A stretch of DNA of 64,000 bases, taken from positions 248,001 through 312,000 of the forward strand of contig JAHCIT010000004.1 in the NCBI GenBank assembly GCA_026129095.1. Reading direction: 5' to 3'. Positions 38,087 to 48,467 of the stretch are shown piece after piece. The number at the start of each line of letters is the position of its first letter. Positions within the stretch are counted from its first letter, which is position 1. Made by a program: the position numbers and the translations under genes. The stretch comes from Deltaproteobacteria bacterium. Lineage in GTDB: Bacteria; JAGRBM01; JAHCIT01. The notes beneath the pieces are model-generated. The model worked only from the letters and a program-made list of their open reading frames with translations. It ran no database searches and was not told the origin of the DNA.

Positions 38087-38524
38087 ATGGCTGAAAATGA
38101 CCTGACACCGAGCATCCCCTTGCGCCCCACCCTGACGCACACGGCGATCCGGGTGCGCGATCTCAAGGCCACGATCCGGTTCTACGAGGAGTTCACTCCA
38201 CTGCGTTCGGTCCATACGCGTGTGGACCAGGACACCGGCACCGCCGTGACCTGGCTGCGGCAGGAACAGCCGCACTTCACCATCGTCGCCATCCAGCCGG
38301 AGAAGTTCGAGGGGCCCGATTTCCGTCTGGAAGGACTTGAGCATCTGGGGTTCGAGCTCACCTCGCGGGCGGCCGTGGACGAAATGGCCAAACGTCTGCG
38401 CGATGCGGGCCATGACGTGTTCTATGGTCCCCGTTACTACGACCGGATCGTCGGCTACATCTGCCTCGTCCGCGATCCGGATGGCCGGATCGTCGAGTAT
38501 TCGGCCGAGCAGGTGATGGAATAG
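38087..38524 (+). CDS. VOC (glyoxalase/bleomycin resistance) family protein
   Basis: LTHTAIRVRDL...FY, LEHLGF, RDPDGRIVE. Confidence 0.85.
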   Translation: MAENDLTPSIPLRPTLTHTAIRVRDLKATIRFYEEFTPLRSVHTRVDQDTGTAVTWLRQEQPHFTIVAIQPEKFEGPDFRLEGLEHLGFELTSRAAVDEMAKRLRDAGHDVFYGPRYYDRIVGYICLVRDPDGRIVEYSAEQVME

Positions 38525-38620
38525 GCTGGCAGGGCCCCGGCATTATCCTTTTGAGTTTTTCCCGCAGGACCGGCTATGTGAGCCCCGCAATCCTCTCCTG
38601 CAAGGAGCACATCCAGCACC

Positions 38621-40900
38621 ATGCCACAGATCGAAACCACCCCTGAAATGGTCGAAAACACCTACCGGAAGATGACCGAGCGGCTTGCCATCATACGCAA
38701 GCGGCTGGGCCGCCCACTGACCCTGATGGAAAAGGTGCTGCTCACTCATCTGCGTGATCCGGAAAAGCAGGACCTGAATCCCGGCAAGAGCTACCTGCTT
38801 GTCCAGCCGGACCGGGTGGCCATGCAGGACGCCACAGCGCAGATGGCCCTGCTCCAGTTCGCGCAGGCCGGGATCCCGCAGGTGGCCGTGCCCTCCACGG
38901 TCCACTGTGACCATCTCATTCAGGCATACGTCGGGGCGGACGCCGACCTCAATACGGCCCTCGACAAGAACCGCGAGGTCTACGACTTTCTCGCTTCCAT
39001 GTCGAACAAGTACGGCATCGGCTTCTGGAAACCCGGCGCGGGAATCATCCACCAGGTCGTTCTGGAGAACTACGCCTTTCCGGGCGGCCTGATGATCGGC
39101 ACCGACTCCCATACCCCGAACGCCGGTGGACTTGGAATGTTCGCGTCGGGCGTGGGCGGAGCCGACGCCAGCGACGTGATGGCGGGACTGCCGTGGGAAG
39201 TCCTCTATCCAAAGAAGGTCGGGGTCGTGCTCAAGGGCAAGCTGAACGGCTGGGCCGCGCCCAAGGATGTCATCACGCAACTGTGCGGCATCCTGACCGT
39301 CAAGGGCGGCACCAACCGGGTCGTCGAGTATCTCGGTCCGGGTGTCAGGTCGATCAGTTGCACGGGCAAGGGGACGATCACGAACATGGGCGCCGAACTG
39401 GGCGCCACGACGTCGATCTTCCCTTACGACGAACGCATGGGCGCGTATCTCAAGGCGACCCGCCGGGCAGCCATCGCGGCCATCGCCGACAAGTATTTGG
39501 ATCTCCTCCGGGCCGACCCGGAAGTGGAAACCGATCCGAAAAAGTATTTCGATGAGGTGGTCGAAATCGACCTGGACAGGCTGGAACCGGTTGTCGTGGG
39601 GCCGCACACGCCGGATCTTGCCCGGCCGGTCTCCCAGCTTCCCGCCGACGTAAAGAAAAACAGCTACCCGGCCGAACTCACATCGGCACTGATCGGGAGC
39701 TGCACGAACTCCTCCTACGAGGATATCTCCCGCGCCGCCGACGTGGCCCGGCAGGCCAAAGCCGCCGGAATCAAGGCAAGGATACCGCTACTGGTGACGC
39801 CGGGCTCGGAACAGGTGTTCGAGACCATCAAGCGCGACGGCCTGATGGCCGATCTTGAGGCGATCGGCGCGACGGTGCTCGCCAACGCCTGCGGACCCTG
39901 CATCGGACAGTGGCGGCGCGACGACTTCCAGAAAGGTGTGAAGAACTCGATCATCAACTCTTTCAACCGGAACTTCCCGGCCCGTAACGACGGGAACCCC
40001 GACACCCTGTCGTTTATCGGAAGCCCCGAAGTGGTGGTCGCCTATGCGCTGGCCGGACGGCTGGACGTGAATCCGCTGACGGACGAGGTGGGGAAAAACG
40101 GCAGGCCGGGTGTACGGCTCAAGGCTCCCGCCGCCGCGCCGGAAGTCCCGCCCAAGGGGTTCACCAGCAAGGATGCCGGTTACATCGCTCCCGCATCCGA
40201 TGGCTCGAAAGTGCAGGTCAAGGTCGCTCCAGACAGCGAACGGCTGCAGCTTCTGGAGCCGTTCAAGCCATGGGACGGCAGGGATTTCGAGAAGCTCCCG
40301 GTACTACTCAAGGCGGCCGGCAAGTGCACGACCGACCACATCTCTCCCGCCGGGGTATGGCTCCGCTACCGGGGCCACCTGGACAAGATCAGCGACAACA
40401 TGTTCCTGGGCGCAATCAATGCCTACACGAAGGAAGCCGGACGGGCGAAGAACTTGCTCACCGGGACGTCTGACACCGTTCCCGCAGTGGCCCGTCACTA
40501 CAAGGCACAGGGCCACCGCTGGGTCGTGTTCGGCGACGAGAACTACGGCGAAGGCAGTTCCCGCGAGCACGCCGCCATGTCGCCCCGCTACCTGGGAGCG
40601 GCGGCGATCATCGTCCGCAGTTTTGCCCGCATTCACGAGACGAATCTGAAGAAGCAGGGCGTGCTGCCGCTCACGTTCGTAAATCCCGCCGATTACGAGA
40701 AGGTGCGCGAGACAGACCGGGTAACTGTTTCCGGACTTTCCAGCCTGGCGCCGGGATCGAAAGTGAAGGTGACGCTCCATCATGAGGATGGCGGCACCGA
40801 CAGCTTCGACGCCGCACACAGCCTGAATGCCGAGCAGATCGAATGGTTCAAGGCCGGATCGGCCCTGAATCTGCTCGCCCGGCAGGCCAAGCGGGGCTAG
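38621..40900 (+). CDS. acnA: Aconitate hydratase, mitochondrial-type AcnA subfamily
   Basis: DRVAMQDATAQMA, HCDHLI, IGSCTNSSYED, NACGPCIGQW, KCTTDHISPAG, NYGEGSSREHAA; 759 aa. Confidence 0.93.
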   Translation: MPQIETTPEMVENTYRKMTERLAIIRKRLGRPLTLMEKVLLTHLRDPEKQDLNPGKSYLLVQPDRVAMQDATAQMALLQFAQAGIPQVAVPSTVHCDHLIQAYVGADADLNTALDKNREVYDFLASMSNKYGIGFWKPGAGIIHQVVLENYAFPGGLMIGTDSHTPNAGGLGMFASGVGGADASDVMAGLPWEVLYPKKVGVVLKGKLNGWAAPKDVITQLCGILTVKGGTNRVVEYLGPGVRSISCTGKGTITNMGAELGATTSIFPYDERMGAYLKATRRAAIAAIADKYLDLLRADPEVETDPKKYFDEVVEIDLDRLEPVVVGPHTPDLARPVSQLPADVKKNSYPAELTSALIGSCTNSSYEDISRAADVARQAKAAGIKARIPLLVTPGSEQVFETIKRDGLMADLEAIGATVLANACGPCIGQWRRDDFQKGVKNSIINSFNRNFPARNDGNPDTLSFIGSPEVVVAYALAGRLDVNPLTDEVGKNGRPGVRLKAPAAAPEVPPKGFTSKDAGYIAPASDGSKVQVKVAPDSERLQLLEPFKPWDGRDFEKLPVLLKAAGKCTTDHISPAGVWLRYRGHLDKISDNMFLGAINAYTKEAGRAKNLLTGTSDTVPAVARHYKAQGHRWVVFGDENYGEGSSREHAAMSPRYLGAAAIIVRSFARIHETNLKKQGVLPLTFVNPADYEKVRETDRVTVSGLSSLAPGSKVKVTLHHEDGGTDSFDAAHSLNAEQIEWFKAGSALNLLARQAKRG

Positions 40901-40912
40901 ACTACCGGGAGC

Positions 40913-41863
40913 GTGCTTTCCCGCCTGTCAAAATTGCGTGGTCTAATGCCACATCTGGGTCACTGCCAGAACGTGGTGCTGCTCGTTCTGACGCTGACCG
41001 CGATGACTGCGGCCGCCTATCTCCTCCCGCCGGAGAAGGTGATCCAGTACTCCCGTGATCCGTGGAAAGGCTCCGAGCCGTTCCGGGTTAACGCCAGGCA
41101 TACCCTCATCCGGCAGGGACAGCAGCCGCTCCAGACCACGGCAGAGATCGACTTCGGCACCGGGGGCAACTTCCGGATCGCCGACAGGGACCAAGACGGG
41201 ATTCTCCTCCATGTCACGCCCGCCGGGGCAGCCGAATACTCAGCCGGGCAACCGGTGGATCCCGTGGTTGACCTGTTCGGATTCCGGTGGCTGTTCATGC
41301 CGGTCGTGGCCCCGCCAGCCAAGCGGCTTCAGGAGCTGCGGGACCAGGGGTTCCTGCTCCCTGACAATGCGGTAATGATGGTCGTGGACCGGATGCTGAG
41401 ACGGGGGCTCAAGGCGGACAGGCGGCGTCTGACCGCCTGCGAGGACCGGAAGGATCCCTGCTACGTCATCGGATCAGAACTCCCGTCGCGGCCGGGCGAT
41501 CCTCCCCGGAGCGAGCTGTGGGCCAACTCGGTCACATTCAGGCCGGTTCGATGGGTCGAGGTACGTGGCTCCGTGGTGATCGATACGCGGCTGGAATATG
41601 CCGGGAAGGATTTTGCCGGCCTGCCCTATCCTGCCGTTGTCACGATTCGTGCGCCCGGTATCGAACACCGGTTCGAGACGGTTGACCTGGCACGCAACCC
41701 GAAATTTGCCCCCGACCATTTCGAACCCCGCCCACCTGCCAAGGGTGAAAAACCGGGTAACGGCAAGAAGTCCGGAGACTCCAGCTCCGCAAATGACAAG
41801 GCGCCGATATGCAACGAGAAAAGCGCGGAAACTGGCCCTACTGACAGCTGCCCGCTCCCCTGA
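40913..41863 (+). CDS. Hypothetical exported protein, possibly with a LolA-like beta-rich fold
   Basis: Fills the gap co-directionally; N-terminal hydrophobic segment; ends in an NPKFAPDHF motif and a low-complexity tail. The fold is a guess. Confidence 0.55.
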   Translation: MLSRLSKLRGLMPHLGHCQNVVLLVLTLTAMTAAAYLLPPEKVIQYSRDPWKGSEPFRVNARHTLIRQGQQPLQTTAEIDFGTGGNFRIADRDQDGILLHVTPAGAAEYSAGQPVDPVVDLFGFRWLFMPVVAPPAKRLQELRDQGFLLPDNAVMMVVDRMLRRGLKADRRRLTACEDRKDPCYVIGSELPSRPGDPPRSELWANSVTFRPVRWVEVRGSVVIDTRLEYAGKDFAGLPYPAVVTIRAPGIEHRFETVDLARNPKFAPDHFEPRPPAKGEKPGNGKKSGDSSSANDKAPICNEKSAETGPTDSCPLP

Positions 41864-42026
41864 CTCCCTGGATAGTCCATGAACCGGACTTCATTTTCAT
41901 TGACAGGCAGATAAGTCAGAACACCGCAAAAGGTGATGCTGCGTGTTCTGCCGGCAATAGCCGGTATGTGCCGCATGAACCCACGGTAGTTGTTCTTTCC
42001 CCAATGCCGGTTACGCTTCCCGCCTG

Positions 42027-42224
42027 ATGAGCTGGGTGCCCCTCACCGAAAACGACTGGTACTATGCGGCCGGTATGTTCGCGTTTATCCAGATATACAT
42101 GTCGTGGATGTTCGCCCGCCAGATGAGAAAGCACGGCGACCTGAAGCCCAACGTCTCCCAGAACGACGCCCGGCTGCCGCTCCTCCGGCGCCGCCTGAAA
42201 AAAAACAAGCCTGCGGCGGACTGA
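42027..42224 (+). CDS. Small single-TM hypothetical protein (65 aa)
   Basis: Aromatic/hydrophobic segment followed by a basic tail; stops 3 nt before the priA ATG. Confidence 0.5.
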   Translation: MSWVPLTENDWYYAAGMFAFIQIYMSWMFARQMRKHGDLKPNVSQNDARLPLLRRRLKKNKPAAD

Positions 42225-42227
42225 CGC

Positions 42228-44702
42228 ATGGCCTTCTACGCTCTTGTCGTGGTCCAGGAGCCGCGCTGGAGCGCACTCACCTATGCGCTCCCGCCGGAAC
42301 TGACCCGCCAGCTGACTGCCGGGTGGCGGGTCCGGGTTCCGTGGGGACGGGCGGAAAAGCGAGGGATCATCGTCTCCCTTCACCGGGAGCCGCCCGCGAA
42401 TCTCGACCCCGGCTCCATCCGCATGGTGCTCGGAACCGACGGCGGCGCGCCGCTCATCGATCCTGCTTCCATTGAACTGGCCCGCTGGATCGCCCGCTAC
42501 TACCGGTGCTCCATTGGGCAGGCTGTCCGGCTTTTCATTCCACCCGAGGGCCGGGACCGTCAGGAGATGACGGTCCGGCTTAACCTCTGGGACACGCCTG
42601 TGATCGACCTCTCCGAACTCGATGGCCCGGCATCCCGCTTGTACGAATACCTGCTGGAACGCGAGGCCCGGACACCGGGCAGGCCGCTGAAACTCTCCGG
42701 GCGTGCGATTTCCGGGCTGTCGTCAGGCGAAATGAATACGGCCGTCCGCGATCTGGCGCAGATGGGAATCATCAGTGCCAGTGCCGGTCATTCCAGGGGG
42801 CGAATACGGGAACGGACCGTACCGGTTTATTCCCGTTCCGGCACCCCGGTCCCCAGCAACATCAAGCTTGCTCCCGTGGCGCTGAATATTCTCACCGCGC
42901 TGGAACATGCCCCCCGTCAACTGGCGCTGGCGGATCTGCCCGGCAGTCCCGCATCCCGGAAAAAAGCACTGGCGGAGCTGGAGAGGCTGGGCCTTGTGGT
43001 ACCGGGCCAGCAACTCCTGCCGCGGGTGCAACCGGGAACCAGTGCCGAGGCAGAAAAACCCCCAAAGCCAAGCCCCGAACAGGAACAAGCCATCGGCCTG
43101 ATCCAGAACGATATATCCAGAAACGGTTTCCAGGTAACCCTGCTCCGGGGCGTCACGGGCAGCGGAAAAACCGAGGTGTACCTCCGGGCCATCGAGACAG
43201 CCCTCTCGCTCGGCAGGGGAGCACTGGTGATCGTGCCGGAAATCGCCCTGACGCCTCAGACCGCTTCACGCTTTACCGCCCGGTTCCCCGGACAGGTGGC
43301 CGTACTCCACAGCGGACTCGGTGCCGGCGAGCGGCATGACGAATGGTGGCGTCTCCGCAGGGGCGAGGCCCGGGTCATTGTGGGAACCCGTTCTGCACTG
43401 TTCGCGCCGCTTCAGGATACCGGCCTCATCGTGGTGGACGAGGAGCACGACTCCTCGTTCAAGCAGGACACGGTTCCCCGGTATCACGCCCGCGATACGG
43501 CGGTGAAAAAGGCCCAGATCCTGAAAATCCCGGTCGTGCTCGGTTCAGCAACCCCTTCACTCGAAACCCTCGATAATGCCTGGCGTGGCCGTTACCGGAT
43601 CGTGGAACTGACCGGGAGAGTTGCCGCCCAGCAGATGCCCTCCATCCAGGTCGTTTCACTCCGGAAGGAAGACCGCACGGATTACGACCGCGATCGGCCA
43701 TGGTTCCTCTCCGGGCCGGCGGAAAAAGCCATCGAGCAAACGCTTGCAGCGGGCGAGCAGGCCATGATCTTCCTGAACCGGCGGGGTTATTCACCGGTGT
43801 TCCCATGCCTGTCCTGCGGACATGTGCCGGAATGTCCGCACTGCTCGATCCCGATGACCTACCATCATGGGGCCGGAACGCTCGCCTGCCACTACTGCGG
43901 GCACGAAACCTCACTACCCCGTACCTGTACTGCCTGTGGCGGCGCGGAGTTCGACGCCAAAGGGCTCGGTACCGAGCAGGTCGAGATGGCCCTCCAGAGC
44001 CGGTTTCCGGGAGCCCGGATTGCCCGGCTCGACCGCGATTCGATCCGGCGCAAGGGCACGCTCCATTCGATTCTCGACAGGTTTCGCAGCAGGGAGATCG
44101 ACCTGCTGGTTGGGACGCAGATACTCGCCAAGGGCCATGACTTTCCGGGTGTCACGCTGGTGGTTGTGGTCAGTGCCGACCAGGCACTGCGAATCCCCGA
44201 TTTCCGGGCCGAGGAAAAGGCCGCCCAGTTACTGGCACAGGTATCGGGCCGTGCCGGACGCGCTGACCGGCCCGGCCGGGTGATCGTTCAGACCCATGAA
44301 CCTGAACATCCGGTCATCCAGTGGCTCCAGAAACCCGGCGATGAACTCTGGAAACGGATCCGGGAGGAACGCGAACCGCTGCTCTATCCGCCTTCGGGAC
44401 GCCTTGCCACAGTGGAAATCTCCGCCCGCAACGAAACGGCGGCCGACCGGGTAGCCCGCTCCCTCGCCGGCCAGTGGGCAGTTCCAGCCGGAGTCGTGCG
44501 TCTGGGGCCGGCAACGCCACCTGTCGGCAAGCTGGCGGGCCGCTACCGTCGCCGGTTCCTTCTGAAAGGAAATTCATCAGGCGTGCTGAATAATGCACTG
44601 ACGGGACTGGAACAGTTGCTCGCCAGTATTCGGGAGCGCGACGCGTCATCCCTGGCCATGGCACGGATCACTGTGGATATCGACCCCCAATCCCTGCTGT
44701 AA
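42228..44702 (+). CDS. priA: Primosomal protein N' (replication restart helicase)
   Basis: GVTGSGKTEVY, VPEIALTPQ, DEEHD, four CxxC pairs, GTQILAKGHDFP, QVSGRAGR, DIDP. Confidence 0.97.
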   Translation: MAFYALVVVQEPRWSALTYALPPELTRQLTAGWRVRVPWGRAEKRGIIVSLHREPPANLDPGSIRMVLGTDGGAPLIDPASIELARWIARYYRCSIGQAVRLFIPPEGRDRQEMTVRLNLWDTPVIDLSELDGPASRLYEYLLEREARTPGRPLKLSGRAISGLSSGEMNTAVRDLAQMGIISASAGHSRGRIRERTVPVYSRSGTPVPSNIKLAPVALNILTALEHAPRQLALADLPGSPASRKKALAELERLGLVVPGQQLLPRVQPGTSAEAEKPPKPSPEQEQAIGLIQNDISRNGFQVTLLRGVTGSGKTEVYLRAIETALSLGRGALVIVPEIALTPQTASRFTARFPGQVAVLHSGLGAGERHDEWWRLRRGEARVIVGTRSALFAPLQDTGLIVVDEEHDSSFKQDTVPRYHARDTAVKKAQILKIPVVLGSATPSLETLDNAWRGRYRIVELTGRVAAQQMPSIQVVSLRKEDRTDYDRDRPWFLSGPAEKAIEQTLAAGEQAMIFLNRRGYSPVFPCLSCGHVPECPHCSIPMTYHHGAGTLACHYCGHETSLPRTCTACGGAEFDAKGLGTEQVEMALQSRFPGARIARLDRDSIRRKGTLHSILDRFRSREIDLLVGTQILAKGHDFPGVTLVVVVSADQALRIPDFRAEEKAAQLLAQVSGRAGRADRPGRVIVQTHEPEHPVIQWLQKPGDELWKRIREEREPLLYPPSGRLATVEISARNETAADRVARSLAGQWAVPAGVVRLGPATPPVGKLAGRYRRRFLLKGNSSGVLNNALTGLEQLLASIRERDASSLAMARITVDIDPQSLL

Positions 44703-44738
44703 ACCGCTGTAAACCACTCTAGATTGGAGGCACTGGCG

Positions 44739-44768
44739 TTGCGCCGGGAAGCTTCGGGCCGCTACACT
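44739..44768 (+). promoter_or_regulatory. Candidate sigma70-type promoter for the S41 protease-rhomboid pair
   Basis: TTGCGC-N18-TACACT in the 195-bp intergenic gap. Confidence 0.4.
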
Positions 44769-44897
44769 TGTCACGGTGGGCCAATGGTTCACGCGGCTAC
44801 TGTATTCCCCTATATGCGGGCGGCCTTCCGCCGTGCAGCAGGGGCTGCTCTTTAGCCCTCTGTATCATGGGATAAGCCACTGGAAGGCATAACGGAT

Positions 44898-47774
44898 TTG
44901 TCAGTCCGCCTGAAATTTCTTCTTCGCTCGGCCGCACTCGCAACGATTGCCTTCATCGTCGTTGCCTCGGGCACACGGGCGGCGCCAACCGCGGCGCCGT
45001 CTTACGACCTCAGCAGGGCGGCAGTGGTCGAGACAGTACTCAAGTTCGTCGCCGAGGCCTACATTGATCCGGCCCGGTTCGATCCTGAGCGGGCATTCGA
45101 AAACACGATGAAGGATCTCGAGGCATTCATCCCCGAGTTCCGGTGCGATTTCATCAAGGGCTCACGCCGCTACCGTATGCAGATGAACACGCAGGCCAAG
45201 GAAGTCGAGCAGGTCCGGCTGCTCACGTTCGACGATTACCTCCGGAATGTCCGCGGCGTGCTCGCGTTTATCCAGCAGACCCTGAAAAGCGACATCCCGC
45301 TCGCCAAGATCGAGTATGAGGCGGTCAACGGGTTCCTGGGTATCCTGGATCCGCACTCGCGGCTCATGGATCCCGACGGCTACGAGGAGTTCGTCGTTGC
45401 CACACAGGGCGAGTTCGGCGGGCTCGGCATCCAGATCCAGATGCGGGACAACCAGCTGACGGTTATCTCGCCTCTTGATGACACTCCTGCCTCGAAGGCC
45501 GGTATCCGGCCGGGCGACCGGATCGTCAAGATAGAGGACGAGGCGACCGACAACATGACGCTGGACGAGGCGGTCAAGCGGCTGCGCGGTCCGGCCAACA
45601 CCCAGGTAAAACTCACCCTGCTTCGCGGCAAGCTGGACCCGTTCGACCTCACCCTGACCCGGGCCCGCATCAAGCTGAAGGCCATTGAATCAGCCCTGCT
45701 CGAAGACAATGTGGGCTATGTCCAGGTAAAGAGCTTTCAGGAAAATACCGCCGTCAACATGGAACAGGCTCTGGACAACCTCCAGCGGCAGTCCCCTGAC
45801 AAGGCGCCCCTCAAGGGCGTCGTGCTGGATCTCCGGAACAACCCCGGCGGCCTGCTTGATGAGGCCACGGCCCTGGCGAACCGGTTTCTGAAGCAGGGAG
45901 TCATCGTCACGACGGTTGACGGGCGCAACACGAAGTCCACACGCGCGAAGTCGGGGCTTGCCCGCAAATACGGCGAAATCCCGGTCGTGGTGCTGGTCAA
46001 TGAGGGGTCGGCCTCGGCCAGTGAAATCATCGCCGGCGCCATCAAGAACCAGAACCGGGGCATCATCCTCGGACAGCGGACCTTCGGCAAAGGATCAGTG
46101 CAGAATGTTTTCCCGCTGAGCGACCGCTCGGCACTGAAACTGACCGTGCAGCAGTACCTGACGCCCGGCGACATCTCGATCCAGAACGTCGGCGTCATGC
46201 CCACCATCCAGCTGAACCCCGTCGTCGTCACCGCCGAGGAGATCAGGCTCCGCGCCCACCAGCGCCCGTACCGCGAGGTTGATCTGGACAACCACCTGAT
46301 CGCCCACGGGTCCGATGAAAAGGCACAACAGCCGGTGGATCCTCCGCTGGCCGACCTGGATTTCCTGATGGAGCCGGAGCCAAAGGCGGGAGACACCCCG
46401 GTCGGCGAAGACGATCCGAGCAAGCCCTTCTCCAACGCCGAGCAGATGCGCGCCGCGCTCCCCAAGGACTTCTCCGTGCAGCTCGCACGGCAGATGATTT
46501 CCGAAGGCGGCGCCGCGCAGATGCCCCAGTTCCTGGAACAGGCTCGTCCGGTCCTCCGCCGCGTGGCCAAGCAGCAGTCGGCGCTGATTGACAAGGCGCT
46601 GGCCAAGGCCGGTATCGACTGGAGCCCCGGCCCCGCCCTTCGCGCCGGCATCAATCTCGAAGTTTCACTGACCGTGCAGGACGAACGCGGCAATCCCATC
46701 CGGGCGGCCGTGTCTGGCCGGAAGAACTACCTCAGTCTCAAGGTCGTGAACCGCTCCCAGGCGATGCTCTACCGGCTTCACGGCTACACGACGGCCAAGA
46801 ACGGTTTCCTCAACAACCAGGAGTTCCTTTTGGGCAGGGTGGCCCCTGGCGCGACGGTCGAAAAGAAGGTTCCCGTACAGCTCGGACACGGCCTGTCCGG
46901 ATGGACTGAATTCGTAAAGGTGACGTTTGAAGCCGGCGAGAAGGAAAAGATTTTCGAGACCAGCCTGCCGGTTTCCATCGACCGGGCACCAAGTCCCCGT
47001 TTTGACGTCACCTATACGCTCTCGGACAACACCAGCATCAGTCCGCTGGTGAAAGGGGACGGCGACGGGCTCATCGAGCCCGGCGAAACCATCGGCATCA
47101 GTTTCCGGGTCCGCAACAGCGGCAAAGGGGATTCCGAGCGGGCGTTCCTCCAGCTCCGCACCCGGAACGGCCAGCTGATCGAGATCGGCACCGCGGGATC
47201 GCGATACCAGATACAGGGGCTCAAGGCCGGGACCACCCAGAACATCCTCGTTCCGGTGCAGATCAGCAAGGATTTCATGGAACCCCGGCTGACCCTGCCC
47301 ATGCGGATAACGGACGCGAACTTCCCGTCCGAACTGAGCGCCGATATCGTGATCCCGGTTTCGATCGGTCCGGCCGCCCATGCGAGGGATCCGATCGTCA
47401 CCAACACGCCGGTCACACTGTCTGCGCCGGCCGTACAGATCGAGCAGGCCGTCTCCGCCGGAGCGACCGTCAACGAGCGCTCCTTCAAGCTGAGCGGCGA
47501 GGTTATCGATGACGGTCCTGTCCGCGACCTGTTCGTGATGGTGAACGGGCGCAAGAGCTTCTACTACTCGTTCGAGCAGGCAGCCGCGGCCAAGCTCGAC
47601 AAGTACCCTTTCAACGTCCGGTTGCCGATCCAGACCGGGCTGAACCGGGTGATACTGGTCGCACGGGATACGGCCAACCTGACCTCCGTGCAGAGTTTCA
47701 CCGTCTGGCAGACGGACGGGCCCCTGCCCGCTTCCACGGCCCAGCGGGATGCGCCGCCTCCTGCGACACCCTGA
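44898..47774 (+). CDS. S41 carboxy-terminal processing protease with PDZ domain and long C-terminal extension (MXAN_5808-like)
   Basis: LDPHS, GEFGGLGI (PDZ), LDLRNNPGGLL, SASASEI, TFGKGSVQ; Ig-like tail with GDGDGLIEPGE. Confidence 0.9.
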   Translation: MSVRLKFLLRSAALATIAFIVVASGTRAAPTAAPSYDLSRAAVVETVLKFVAEAYIDPARFDPERAFENTMKDLEAFIPEFRCDFIKGSRRYRMQMNTQAKEVEQVRLLTFDDYLRNVRGVLAFIQQTLKSDIPLAKIEYEAVNGFLGILDPHSRLMDPDGYEEFVVATQGEFGGLGIQIQMRDNQLTVISPLDDTPASKAGIRPGDRIVKIEDEATDNMTLDEAVKRLRGPANTQVKLTLLRGKLDPFDLTLTRARIKLKAIESALLEDNVGYVQVKSFQENTAVNMEQALDNLQRQSPDKAPLKGVVLDLRNNPGGLLDEATALANRFLKQGVIVTTVDGRNTKSTRAKSGLARKYGEIPVVVLVNEGSASASEIIAGAIKNQNRGIILGQRTFGKGSVQNVFPLSDRSALKLTVQQYLTPGDISIQNVGVMPTIQLNPVVVTAEEIRLRAHQRPYREVDLDNHLIAHGSDEKAQQPVDPPLADLDFLMEPEPKAGDTPVGEDDPSKPFSNAEQMRAALPKDFSVQLARQMISEGGAAQMPQFLEQARPVLRRVAKQQSALIDKALAKAGIDWSPGPALRAGINLEVSLTVQDERGNPIRAAVSGRKNYLSLKVVNRSQAMLYRLHGYTTAKNGFLNNQEFLLGRVAPGATVEKKVPVQLGHGLSGWTEFVKVTFEAGEKEKIFETSLPVSIDRAPSPRFDVTYTLSDNTSISPLVKGDGDGLIEPGETIGISFRVRNSGKGDSERAFLQLRTRNGQLIEIGTAGSRYQIQGLKAGTTQNILVPVQISKDFMEPRLTLPMRITDANFPSELSADIVIPVSIGPAAHARDPIVTNTPVTLSAPAVQIEQAVSAGATVNERSFKLSGEVIDDGPVRDLFVMVNGRKSFYYSFEQAAAAKLDKYPFNVRLPIQTGLNRVILVARDTANLTSVQSFTVWQTDGPLPASTAQRDAPPPATP

Positions 47775-47783
47775 CCGGACCGC

Positions 47784-48467
47784 ATGATTCCCTGGCGTGA
47801 CGAAAACCCCCGCCGCCGCTTTCCGGTGGTGTCTGTTCTGCTGATTGCGGGCAACACGCTGGTCTTCGTCTGGACGAGATTCCTGTCCGGCCAGTTCGAA
47901 ACCCTCATCAACCAGTGGGGTTTCATTTCATCCGAGTGGCGGGGACTGGACATCCTGGAGACAGCGGCCAGTCCATCCAGTGCCTCCACCCTGGCGACGC
48001 CACTGACGTCGCTTTTTCTCCATGCCGGAGTGCTGCATGCCCTGAGCAACCTGTGGTTCCTGAAGGTGTTCGGCGACAACGTGGAAGACGCCCAGGGGCG
48101 GCCCCGGTTTCTCGTGTTCTACATCCTGTGCGGCCTGTTCGCCGTCTTCGTCCACTACGCGGTGGATCCGGCTGCCTCGCTTCCGCTGGTAGGCGCAAGC
48201 GGAGCCGTGAGCGGCGTGCTGGCGGCCTATGTCTTCTACTACCCGACCGTCATGATCCAGTCGTTCGTGCCGGTCATCATCATTCTGGTGCCGGTCCGGA
48301 TTCCGGCCTTCATGTTCATCGGGATATGGGCGCTGATCCAGGTGGCCGGAAGCATGGTCTACACGGGAGGCCCCGGCATCGCCTACGGCGCCCATATCGG
48401 CGGGTTCCTGGCCGGGCTCGCACTCGCCCCGGTGTTCCGCCGCAAGCGGTCATCACGGCGCGGGTGA
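47784..48467 (+). CDS. Rhomboid intramembrane serine protease
   Basis: FLHAGVLHALSN, FGDNVED, GASGAVSG, AHIGGF. Confidence 0.93.
   Translation: MIPWRDENPRRRFPVVSVLLIAGNTLVFVWTRFLSGQFETLINQWGFISSEWRGLDILETAASPSSASTLATPLTSLFLHAGVLHALSNLWFLKVFGDNVEDAQGRPRFLVFYILCGLFAVFVHYAVDPAASLPLVGASGAVSGVLAAYVFYYPTVMIQSFVPVIIILVPVRIPAFMFIGIWALIQVAGSMVYTGGPGIAYGAHIGGFLAGLALAPVFRRKRSSRRG

Noticed and set aside
44703-44897. 6S RNA or other ncRNA in the 195-bp priA-S41 gap
   Set aside because: I could not find end-to-end pairing; the region is adequately explained as promoter plus leader.
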